NCBI GenBank assembly: GCA_902573425.1 | Contig: CACGJO010000002.1 | Coordinates: 1,877-65,876 of the forward strand | Direction: 5' to 3' | Length of the DNA stretch: 64,000 nucleotides | Source of the DNA: an uncultured Pelagibacteraceae bacterium | GTDB lineage: Bacteria > Pseudomonadota > Alphaproteobacteria > Pelagibacterales > Pelagibacteraceae | Part shown: positions 40,647-48,911 of the stretch, piece after piece | How positions within the stretch are numbered: position 1 is the first letter of the stretch | Layout: every line of letters starts with the position of its first letter | Translations under genes and position numbers: made by a program | Notes under the pieces: generated by a model | What the model was told of the DNA's origin: nothing | The model's database searches: none | What the model saw: only the letters and a program-made list of their open reading frames with translations

Positions 40647-41498
40647 TTAGATTTTTTCATCCTTAATTATGTTCGAAAGTATACCAATTTCTGATATCTC
40701 TACCTCTACCTGGTCCCCTTCTTTCATAAATATTGGAGGTTTTCTTTTGAAGCCGACACCCCCTGGTGTACCAGTAACTAATACATCGCCAGCTCTCCAT
40801 GGTATGGCTTTAGAAACGTATGAAATTAAACTTGGGATATCGAAAATAAGCTGGCTTAAACTAGCACTTTGCATAACTTTGCCATTTAAACGTGTTTGAA
40901 TTGATAATTTTGTGTAATCAGAAATATTTTCAGCCAAAATCATGTGAGGCCCAAAACTTCCAGTCTTTTCAAAATTTTTACCCATCCCGAATTGTCTAGT
41001 ATGCTGTTGCCATTCCCTAACGGTGCACTCATTATAACAAGAATAGCCAATTATATGTTTAAGAGCATCTTCAGGTTTAATGTGCTTACCTGCATCACCC
41101 ATTATAACAGCCATCTCACATTCATAATCTAAACTTTCTGATACTTGGGGTCTTTGTATTGGTTGCTTATGTGCGGTTTGACTCTCAGGTACCCTTAGAA
41201 AAATTACTGGATTTTGTTCTACTGTTCTACCAGTCTCTTTCACATGTTCACTATAATTTAAACCAACACAAACAATCTTGCCAGGATTTGGAATCACAGG
41301 CAAATATTCAATTTCATCAACATTTATTTTCCCTGGATTTTTTTTTGAAAACTCTTTTGCTTCTAGAATTAATTTATTAGCAATTAACTCTTTTAAAGTA
41401 TTAGCCCCCTTTATTTTGCCAGTTAGATCTGTGATGTTTTTTCCATCAGAAATTCCAAATTTAGCTTGGTTATTTTGTAAAAAAGAAACAAATTTCAT
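40647..41498 (-). CDS. Fumarylacetoacetate hydrolase (FAH)-family enzyme
   Basis: CVGLNYSEH, LDYECEMAVIMG and GDVLVTGTPGGVG motifs. Confidence 0.8.
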   Translation of the reverse strand: MKFVSFLQNNQAKFGISDGKNITDLTGKIKGANTLKELIANKLILEAKEFSKKNPGKINVDEIEYLPVIPNPGKIVCVGLNYSEHVKETGRTVEQNPVIFLRVPESQTAHKQPIQRPQVSESLDYECEMAVIMGDAGKHIKPEDALKHIIGYSCYNECTVREWQQHTRQFGMGKNFEKTGSFGPHMILAENISDYTKLSIQTRLNGKVMQSASLSQLIFDIPSLISYVSKAIPWRAGDVLVTGTPGGVGFKRKPPIFMKEGDQVEVEISEIGILSNIIKDEKI

Positions 41499-41551
41499 AA
41501 TCTATTTTGAGTGCCTTTATCTATAAAACTCTGTTAGGCTACAATATTCTT

Positions 41552-42031
41552 ATGCAAATTAAAATAAATAAAATATTTGATTATGCGGCCATAGCATCTG
41601 GCTTAATTTTGTTTTCACTTGCTATATTAACTTTTTGCGATGTTTTTGGCAGAAGATTTTTTAATTCTCCTGTTGCAGGTACAATTGAAATCGTTGAGTT
41701 TGGTATTGCCCTAGTGGCTTTTTTAGCTATGCCTAGGGCTTTTTTTTTAAACGCTCACGTTTCAGCTGATTTTATTAAGAATATAGACAATAAGAGACTT
41801 CAAAACTTTATAACATTTTTTAGATTTTTATTAATGTTAATAGTCATGTCTTTCGTAGCATATGGAACTACTAAAGAGGCATTTGCTTTTTTTAAAAATG
41901 GAAGAGTAACTATTGATTTGGAGCTAAGTTTTTACCCCTTTTATTTTGCATCTGCACTAGCAATGTGGTTAAGCGTAATAGCGATAATTCTTTGGTTTCT
42001 AAAAACAATTTTAGAAAAAAATAAATTATGA
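41552..42031 (+). CDS. TRAP transporter small permease (DctQ family)
   Basis: Four TM segments, a CDVFGRRFFNSPVAGTIE motif, and a 4-nt overlap with dctM. I prefer the ATG at 41552 over the tracked TTG at 41507. Confidence 0.75.
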   Translation: MQIKINKIFDYAAIASGLILFSLAILTFCDVFGRRFFNSPVAGTIEIVEFGIALVAFLAMPRAFFLNAHVSADFIKNIDNKRLQNFITFFRFLLMLIVMSFVAYGTTKEAFAFFKNGRVTIDLELSFYPFYFASALAMWLSVIAIILWFLKTILEKNKL

Positions 42032-43338
42032 CATTTGATCCCATCACTAGCGGAGCTTTAGCATTTCTTGCTGTTTTAATTTTGATGGCGCTTAATATTC
42101 CTATAGGTATCTCTATGCTTATAGTTGGATTTACTGGATTTGGATTAATCGTAGGATTTGAACAAGCATTTTTTATTTTAGGCACAGCACCCTATGAGGC
42201 AGTTTCAAAATACAGTCTCTCCGTATTACCTTTTTTTGTTCTTATGGGTAATCTTGCTAATAGAGCAAATCTTTCAAGGAATTTATATGATGCAGCTTAC
42301 GCAATTGTTGGGCACTATAAGGGTGGCCTTGCCATGTCAACAGTTGGTGCTTGTGCTGGGTTTGGAATGATATGCGGTTCGTCTATTGCAACAGCAGCGA
42401 CTATGTCTCAAATGGCCGCTCCAGAAATGAGACGGCATGGTTATAGCGATGCATTAATAAGTGGCTCAATCGCGTCAGGAGGAACATTAGGAATTATAAT
42501 TCCCCCAAGTGTTATTTTAGTAATTTATGCATACTTAACTGAGCAATCTGTTCAAAAACTTTTTTTTGCTGCATTAATCCCCGGAATAATTGCAGTAGTT
42601 CTCTATATGATAGCAATTCGTGTTTATCTTTTAATTTTTCCAAAACAAGGTGGTTACGGAGAGAAAATGCCATTGAATGAAAGATTAGCTGCAATTTGGA
42701 AAGTATTTCCAATATTTCTAATTTTTGCAATTATTATGGGAGGCCTTTATTTAGGTTTTTTCACTGCAACAGAAAGTGCCGCTGTTGGAGTAATATTAGT
42801 ATTAATTTTCATTTTTTTAAGACGTCAACTTACATTAGAAATGTTAAAAAATTCTGTTTGGGACACTATAAAAACTGTTGGTGCTTTGTATTTAATTGTT
42901 GTTGGGGCAGCAGTATTTAATGTTTTAATTACTGTTACACAGCTACCTTTTACTGTTGTTGATTTTATCAATGACTTACAACTCACCCAAATTGGTATCA
43001 TTTTAGTTATCTGTGTAATTTATTTAGTTCTTGGAACTGTGATGGACTCGCTTGCAATGTTATTTCTAACAATTCCAGTATTTTATCCTGTTATTGCTGA
43101 TGCTGGTATAGATCCAATATGGTTTGGAATTTTTGCTGTGATCGTTGTAGAATTTGGATTGATCTCGCCACCAATTGGAATGAACTTATTTGTAATTAAA
43201 GGCGTAATGCAGAAAACACCACTTCAAACAATTTGGTTTGGAACTGTTCCTTTTTTGATAACAGATGTAATTAGGCTTGTGCTAATAATTGCTTTTCCAG
43301 CGATATGCCTTTATTTACCTAGTTTATTGATGCGCTAA
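42028..43338 (+). CDS. TRAP transporter large permease (DctM family)
   Basis: 436 aa polytopic protein with DctM-type motifs (LPFFVLMGNL, GSIASGGTLGIIIPPS). Confidence 0.9.
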   Translation: MTFDPITSGALAFLAVLILMALNIPIGISMLIVGFTGFGLIVGFEQAFFILGTAPYEAVSKYSLSVLPFFVLMGNLANRANLSRNLYDAAYAIVGHYKGGLAMSTVGACAGFGMICGSSIATAATMSQMAAPEMRRHGYSDALISGSIASGGTLGIIIPPSVILVIYAYLTEQSVQKLFFAALIPGIIAVVLYMIAIRVYLLIFPKQGGYGEKMPLNERLAAIWKVFPIFLIFAIIMGGLYLGFFTATESAAVGVILVLIFIFLRRQLTLEMLKNSVWDTIKTVGALYLIVVGAAVFNVLITVTQLPFTVVDFINDLQLTQIGIILVICVIYLVLGTVMDSLAMLFLTIPVFYPVIADAGIDPIWFGIFAVIVVEFGLISPPIGMNLFVIKGVMQKTPLQTIWFGTVPFLITDVIRLVLIIAFPAICLYLPSLLMR

Positions 43339-43345
43339 CATATAA

Positions 43346-44344
43346 ATGCAAGTACGAAATATTATTAAAAATTTTATTTTAACAATAGTTAGTGTAATTA
43401 TTATTTCTTTTTTATTGGAGGGATTTATCAGGTTTGTTCTAAAAGATAAACCTCGTGGAAAAGACAAAGTAGAATTAAAAGAACAGCCTATATCTTTCAT
43501 ACAAGATGAAATTTTAGGGTGGAAACCTAAAACTGGAAATTTTAAATTTGAACCATGGTCTAAAAATGGAAATATAACAAAACTTACTAATCTTGAAGAC
43601 GGCAGGCGGTTTACAGGAAAAAATCAGGAAGAAAAAAAAGTTATTTTTATCGGCGGGTCACTGACCCAAGGTTGGGCAGTCGATGATAGCGAAAGTTTTG
43701 TATGGTTATTACAGGAAAAAAAACAAGATTTTAATTTCATAAACTATGGAGTAGGTGGTTACGGAGGGGTGCAGTCATTGCTAAAATTAAAAGAAATTTC
43801 TAATAATATGGATAATATTAATTATATCATTTACGGATTTATACCCCACCACGAAGTTAGAAATATTGCATCAGGATCTTGGATGTACCAACTTAATAAA
43901 GCATCAAGAGGTACTGAAGGCAAACTTCTTTTACCATACGCTTCAATTAAAAGTGATGAACTTAGAATTCATAAACCAAAGGAATACTTAAAACTTCCTT
44001 TAGGAAATATATCTGCATTTATATCAAAAATAGAAAAAAGAATTTTGAAGATAAGTTCCCTAAAACGATCCTTTGACGAAACTAAAATTTCTCAAGAGAT
44101 TATTTTAGAAATGAAGGGAATAGCAGATAAAAAAAATGCAAAATTTATATTATTATTTTTAAATAAGCTTCCAGATGAAAAAAGGGCTGAGTATGTAAAA
44201 TTTTTTAATGAGAAATCTATTCAAAATATAAACTGTTATTTTCTCGAAGGGGAGAAATATGCTGTAGAGGGAGAAGGTCATCCAAATGCTGTTTCGCACA
44301 AGATTGTATCAGATTGTATATATAGTAAATTATTTAAAAATTAG
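43346..44344 (+). CDS. Membrane-anchored SGNH/GDSL-like hydrolase (tentative)
   Basis: N-terminal TM. VIFIGGSLTQGW resembles SGNH block I, NYGVGGYG resembles block II, and EGHPNA resembles block V. The assignment rests on motifs only. Confidence 0.45.
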   Translation: MQVRNIIKNFILTIVSVIIISFLLEGFIRFVLKDKPRGKDKVELKEQPISFIQDEILGWKPKTGNFKFEPWSKNGNITKLTNLEDGRRFTGKNQEEKKVIFIGGSLTQGWAVDDSESFVWLLQEKKQDFNFINYGVGGYGGVQSLLKLKEISNNMDNINYIIYGFIPHHEVRNIASGSWMYQLNKASRGTEGKLLLPYASIKSDELRIHKPKEYLKLPLGNISAFISKIEKRILKISSLKRSFDETKISQEIILEMKGIADKKNAKFILLFLNKLPDEKRAEYVKFFNEKSIQNINCYFLEGEKYAVEGEGHPNAVSHKIVSDCIYSKLFKN

Positions 44345-44346
44345 CT

Positions 44347-45183
44347 TTATTTAACAAAGTTTCCACTCTGGTAATCGCTAATAGCTTGAGTAATTTCTTC
44401 TTTTGTATTCATCACAAACGGACCACCTCTTGCAATCTGTTCGCCAATTGGCTTTCCTGAAATTAATAAAAATTTAGCTTTGGTCTCTGCGGAAATATTT
44501 AATTCTTCACCACTGTTTAACAATATTAAAGTCGAGCCTTTAATTTGGTTATGTTTATTTTTTCCAATTTTAATTTCTCCTTCAATTAAATAAACAAATG
44601 AATTATGAGTTTTAGGAAGTTTAAAATTAAAATGTTTCTTTTCACCTAGTTCTACATCAAAATAAATTGGATGAACATTATGTTTCTTGACTGGACCTTC
44701 TGCTTTTTCAAATTTACCCGCAATAACTTTTACTTGTTTATCCTCATCTTTGTGAATGCTCATTTTTTTTGAGTCTATATAAATATATTCTGGTTTGCTC
44801 ATTTTATATTTAGCTGGCATATTTATCCAAAGTTGAAAGCCATGTAGTTTACCCTCTTTCATCGCGGGCATTTCTGAGTGAATTATTCCACTACCTGTTT
44901 TCATCCATTGGACATCACCTGCTGTCATCCGCCCTTTACCACCAGTGCTGTCCTTATGCTCAAACTCTCCAGCTAACATATAGGTTACCGTTTCAATACC
45001 ACGATGTGGATGCGCAGGAAAACCAGCAACATAATCGTCTTTATTTTCTGATCCAAATTCATCAAGCATTAAGAAAGGGTCAAAGTAGTTTGGTTCAACA
45101 CCGATGCTTCTTTTTAATTTCACTCCGGCACCATCAGATGCTGATATAGGCAGAATTATTTTTTCAACTTCAGTATTTTCCAT
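44347..45183 (-). CDS. Pirin-family bicupin protein
   Basis: GFPAHPHRGIETVTYML metal-binding motif, 278 aa. Confidence 0.88.
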   Translation of the reverse strand: MENTEVEKIILPISASDGAGVKLKRSIGVEPNYFDPFLMLDEFGSENKDDYVAGFPAHPHRGIETVTYMLAGEFEHKDSTGGKGRMTAGDVQWMKTGSGIIHSEMPAMKEGKLHGFQLWINMPAKYKMSKPEYIYIDSKKMSIHKDEDKQVKVIAGKFEKAEGPVKKHNVHPIYFDVELGEKKHFNFKLPKTHNSFVYLIEGEIKIGKNKHNQIKGSTLILLNSGEELNISAETKAKFLLISGKPIGEQIARGGPFVMNTKEEITQAISDYQSGNFVK

Positions 45184-45248
45184 ACGTTTAAATTAAAATA
45201 ATATTTGCAAAAACTATATAAGATATTAGGCCGCAGAATAAAATTATA

Positions 45249-46832
45249 TTACCAGACCCCAATCATTATATCGTTTTCTTTGGAGTAATCCCTGTCTTTT
45301 AAAACAAATTCATCTGTTGCTGTCACTCTATTTTTTCTACTTACCAATCTTTTTAAAAGCAATTCTTTCATCTCGTCTCTTATTTTTTTGTAATCAGCAG
45401 ATTGTCCAACGTCTATAAATTCCTCTGGATCTTTTTCTAGATCAAATAATTGTGGTGGAAAACCTTTGAAATAAACATATTTCCATTTCGAGGTACGCAA
45501 CATGTAACCTCTTGCGTCTGATGCACCTAGTTTAAGTAATTTTCTTGCCTCATTAAATGAATAATCAATTTCACTAAATACTCCATCTTTCCATTGATTT
45601 ATTTTATCGCCATTTATAATTGCTTTTAATGAATTTCCCTCAAGCCGATGTTTACTTTCTTTACTTTCAACCGCATCTAAAAAAGTGGGTAAAAGATCAA
45701 TTGCTTCAATGAAGCGTTTTTCTTTTTTCCCCCGTGTTTTATCAGCTGGTTTTCTTGGATCATAAATAATCATTGGAACTTTAACTATTTGTTCATGAAA
45801 TAATTCTTTATCTCCCAACCAATGATCTCCAAGATAATCGCCGTGATCCGAGGTAAATACTATCATTGTATCTTTCATATTCCCTTTTTTTTCAAGGAAT
45901 TGAAAAAGTCTTCCAAGATTATCATCTATTTGTTTTATCAAACCCATATAGCCAGACATGACAGTATTACGAACTTCATCTTTAGAAAAAGTTTTCGAAA
46001 CTCTTGTTTCTACAAAAGCTTTATATACAGGGTTCATATCTTTCTTTTGACTTTCGCTTCTTTGAACAGGACTATATTGATTTTGAGAAAACATATTATG
46101 ATAAGGCGCCGGTGCAATATAAGGCCAATGAGGTTTGATATATGATAAATGTAAAAACCAAGGTTTCTCAGAACTTTCTTCTATAAATTCCATAGCTCTA
46201 TTTGTCATAAAAGCAGTTTCTGAATGTTTTTCAGAAACTCTTGCAGGTTTATTTGAGTTTCTTAATTTCCAACCACTTAGTATCTCGCCATTTTTTCCTT
46301 CAGCAGAATTAGCCCAACTATCCCAAGGATTATCACCTTCGTATCCAAGTTTATTAAGCCAATCGTTGTAAGATAATTTTTTTTTGTATTTTTTTACATG
46401 ATTATTTGGATGAAGACCATCATCTCTCTCGTATGGCTCAAATCCTGGTTCACTTACTACTAATCCAATTTCAGTATTTTTGTTTATACCCAAACGTGCC
46501 ATTCCATCAGCATCTGGTTGCATGTGTGTCTTACCAACAATTCCTGTTCTTATTCCTGATTTTCCTAAATAGTCACCAATAGTTAACTCTCCAATAGGAA
46601 GGGGAACTTGGTTCCAAGTAGAGCCATGACTGAAAACAGTTCGGCCAGTATAGTAGGAAGCTCTAGACGGACCACAAACAGGTGACTGAACATAAGCAGA
46701 CTCAAACAATACGCCTTTTTTTGCAAGACTATCTATATTAGGTGTTTTTAAATGTGGGTGGCCATAGCAAGACAAATAATCCCATCTTAATTGATCTGCC
46801 ATAATAAATAAAATATTGCGGACTTTACTCAT
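45249..46832 (-). CDS. Cys-type sulfatase (alkaline-phosphatase superfamily), with no signal peptide
   Basis: ILFIMADQLRWD, the formylglycine motif SPVCGPSRAS (C-x-P-x-R) and FTSDHGD. The N-terminus is not hydrophobic, so a cytoplasmic location is likely. Confidence 0.85.
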   Translation of the reverse strand: MSKVRNILFIMADQLRWDYLSCYGHPHLKTPNIDSLAKKGVLFESAYVQSPVCGPSRASYYTGRTVFSHGSTWNQVPLPIGELTIGDYLGKSGIRTGIVGKTHMQPDADGMARLGINKNTEIGLVVSEPGFEPYERDDGLHPNNHVKKYKKKLSYNDWLNKLGYEGDNPWDSWANSAEGKNGEILSGWKLRNSNKPARVSEKHSETAFMTNRAMEFIEESSEKPWFLHLSYIKPHWPYIAPAPYHNMFSQNQYSPVQRSESQKKDMNPVYKAFVETRVSKTFSKDEVRNTVMSGYMGLIKQIDDNLGRLFQFLEKKGNMKDTMIVFTSDHGDYLGDHWLGDKELFHEQIVKVPMIIYDPRKPADKTRGKKEKRFIEAIDLLPTFLDAVESKESKHRLEGNSLKAIINGDKINQWKDGVFSEIDYSFNEARKLLKLGASDARGYMLRTSKWKYVYFKGFPPQLFDLEKDPEEFIDVGQSADYKKIRDEMKELLLKRLVSRKNRVTATDEFVLKDRDYSKENDIMIGVW

Positions 46833-46894
46833 AGTTTTTAAATTTTTATTCTACCGTTGACGAGTTAGAAAGAATACCTATTTTTTATTATCAC

Positions 46895-46923
46895 TTGCAT
46901 TACAAAAAAGCAGTATTTATAAT
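46895..46923 (+). promoter_or_regulatory. Sigma-70-type promoter for tRNA-Gly
   Basis: TTGCAT (46895-46900), a 17-nt spacer, then TATAAT (46918-46923). The -10 element ends 11 nt before the mature tRNA 5' end. Confidence 0.6.
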
Positions 46924-46934
46924 CTATTTTTTAT

Positions 46935-47009
46935 GCGGGAGTAGCTCAGTGGTAGAGCGAAACGTTGCCAACGTTTAGGCCGAGGGTTCAATTCCCTTCT
47001 CCCGCTCCA
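46935..47009 (+). tRNA. tRNA-Gly (anticodon GCC), CCA encoded
   Basis: Hand-folded cloverleaf: acceptor GCGGGAG/CTCCCGC, D arm GCTC-AGTGGTA-GAGC, anticodon arm AAACG-TTGCCAA-CGTTT, T arm GAGGG-TTCAATT-CCCTT, discriminator T, then CCA. Confidence 0.93.
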
Positions 47010-47025
47010 AATAAAAGATAAAACT

Positions 47026-47364
47026 ATGACTGATTTAGCTGATAAAAAGTGTATTCCTTGTGAAGGTGGAATTCCAGGTTTTGAAATAACCGAAATTCAC
47101 AAATATCTTAAAATGGTAGATGGGTGGGAAGTTAAGGCTGACGAGGATAAAATTTACTATTTAATTAAAAATTTTAAATTTAAAAACTTCATAGAAAGTC
47201 AAAATTTTGTAAACAAAGTAGGTGCAATAGCTGAAAAAGAAGGACATCATCCTGATATTTGGTTTGGCTGGGGTTATGCTAAAATAAAAATTTTCACTCA
47301 TGCTATAAAAGGATTGCATGAGAGTGATTTTGTTTTGGCGGCTAAAGTTGATAAGATTAATTAG
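47026..47364 (+). CDS. Pterin-4-alpha-carbinolamine dehydratase (PCD/DCoH family)
   Basis: CIPCEGG N-terminus and the EGHHPDI catalytic motif, 112 aa. Confidence 0.85.
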   Translation: MTDLADKKCIPCEGGIPGFEITEIHKYLKMVDGWEVKADEDKIYYLIKNFKFKNFIESQNFVNKVGAIAEKEGHHPDIWFGWGYAKIKIFTHAIKGLHESDFVLAAKVDKIN

Positions 47365-48908
47365 TGGTAAAAATGTCTTGTACCAGTGAAAATCATTTTC
47401 ACTTTTGATTTGTTGGCTAACTTAATAGACTCAGTATCTCTTATAGATCCGCCGGGTTGAACAATAACCTTAACACCAGCTTTGATTAAATTTTTAACAC
47501 CATCTGGAAAAGGAAAGAATGCGTCAGATGCCGCAACCGAATTTCTTAGTTTTTTGTTTTGAAAACTTTTTGCTTTTTGAACAGCAATTTTACAACTATC
47601 GACCCTGCTTGGTTGTCCAGCGCCTATTCCAATAGTTGAGAAAGAATTAGATATCACGATTGAATTTGATTTCACATATTTACAAACGTTTAAAGCAAAT
47701 TCAGCTTGCGCAATTTCTTTTTTTGATGGCTTAAGTTTAGTAACAAATTTTAACTTTTTTCTATTAAATATAATTTTATTTTTTTCTTGCATTAAAAATG
47801 AATTATTAAAATTTTTAATTTCATAATCTTTACTTATTTTAAACTTTGATATGTCGATGAGGATTAAATTCTTCCTTTTTCCAAAAATTTCCAGAGCTCT
47901 TTTATCAAAATTCTTCGCCAATATAACTTCAAAAAAAATCTTGGACATCTCTTTGGCAATGTTTTCATTAATTTTGAAGTTACATGCAACAATTCCGCCA
48001 AATGCACTTACAGGATCTGATAAGTATGACTCTTTGAAAGTTTTAAGGGGTGATCCGTTTAATGAAACACCCGATGGGTTTGCATGTTTTATAATGACGG
48101 TGCCTTTTTTTTTAAAAGAATTTAATATTTCTAAGCCAGTATATATATCATTGTAGTTATTATAGCTTAAAGCTTTACCTCTGATCTTTCTTAGACCAAT
48201 TTCTGAATTTGAAAGATCATTAATATAAATAGAACTTTTTTGATGTGGATTTTCTCCATAACGTAATTCAGATATTTTGTTTCCAAACATTGTTTTTTTT
48301 TCAGGAAATAAAATATTAAGTTTTTTATTAAACCAATTTGATAAAACAGAATCGTAATATGCTGTTAATCCAAAAGCTTTACAGGACATTTTTTCTCTAA
48401 ATTTTATACCAGTTGAACCCTTATTTTTATTAAGTTCCTCAATTAAATACCTATAATCTTTTTTATCAGTTATAACTGTAACATCTTTAAAATTTTTTGC
48501 TGCAGCTCTTACTAAAGTTGGCCCACCAATATCAATGTTTTCAATAATTGTTTGAAAATTATTAGTTTTTTGAATTGTTTCCTGAAAAGGATAAAAATTA
48601 ACAACAACTAAATCGATATACTTCATACCATTTTTGTTCATTTCTCTTCGGTGCTTTTTGCTCGATCTTTTACTTAAAATTCCTGCATGAATTTTTGGAT
48701 GAAGTGTTTTTACTCTGCCGTCTAACATTTCTTTAAATTTCGTAAATTTTGAAACCTCAGTGCATTTGTAACCAAGTTTTTTAATTTCAGCAAAAGTTCC
48801 ACCTGAGCTAACAATATTTATATTAAACTTTCTAAGTATTTTTAATAATTTTTCTAATTCCCCTTTATCTGAAAGTGAGATTAAAGCATTTTTGATTTTA
48901 ATTGACAT
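47361..48908 (-). CDS. purH: Bifunctional AICAR transformylase / IMP cyclohydrolase
   Basis: ALISLSDK, VSSGGT, GRVKTLHPKIH and VQPGGSIRD motifs. Confidence 0.96.
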   Translation of the reverse strand: MSIKIKNALISLSDKGELEKLLKILRKFNINIVSSGGTFAEIKKLGYKCTEVSKFTKFKEMLDGRVKTLHPKIHAGILSKRSSKKHRREMNKNGMKYIDLVVVNFYPFQETIQKTNNFQTIIENIDIGGPTLVRAAAKNFKDVTVITDKKDYRYLIEELNKNKGSTGIKFREKMSCKAFGLTAYYDSVLSNWFNKKLNILFPEKKTMFGNKISELRYGENPHQKSSIYINDLSNSEIGLRKIRGKALSYNNYNDIYTGLEILNSFKKKGTVIIKHANPSGVSLNGSPLKTFKESYLSDPVSAFGGIVACNFKINENIAKEMSKIFFEVILAKNFDKRALEIFGKRKNLILIDISKFKISKDYEIKNFNNSFLMQEKNKIIFNRKKLKFVTKLKPSKKEIAQAEFALNVCKYVKSNSIVISNSFSTIGIGAGQPSRVDSCKIAVQKAKSFQNKKLRNSVAASDAFFPFPDGVKNLIKAGVKVIVQPGGSIRDTESIKLANKSKVKMIFTGTRHFYH

Positions 48909-48911
48909 TCT

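Noticed and set aside
4481-41551. Longer upstream starts given in the ORF track for several genes: 4481 (ThiE-like), 6199 (porin), 27057 (hslU), 29564 (Tim44-like), 40611 (dctP) and 41507 (dctQ)
   Set aside because: The extensions overlap neighbouring genes or consist of a Shine-Dalgarno sequence read as codons. Internal ATGs give proteins that begin at the expected signal peptide, TM or conserved N-terminus.
36323-47009. Accessory block 36.3-46.8 kb as a tRNA-Gly-associated mobile genomic island
   Set aside because: The block lies on the 5' side of the tRNA rather than the 3' side. There is no integrase, and I could not find a direct repeat of the tRNA 3' end at the far boundary. It may still be strain-variable, but nothing in the sequence supports mobility.
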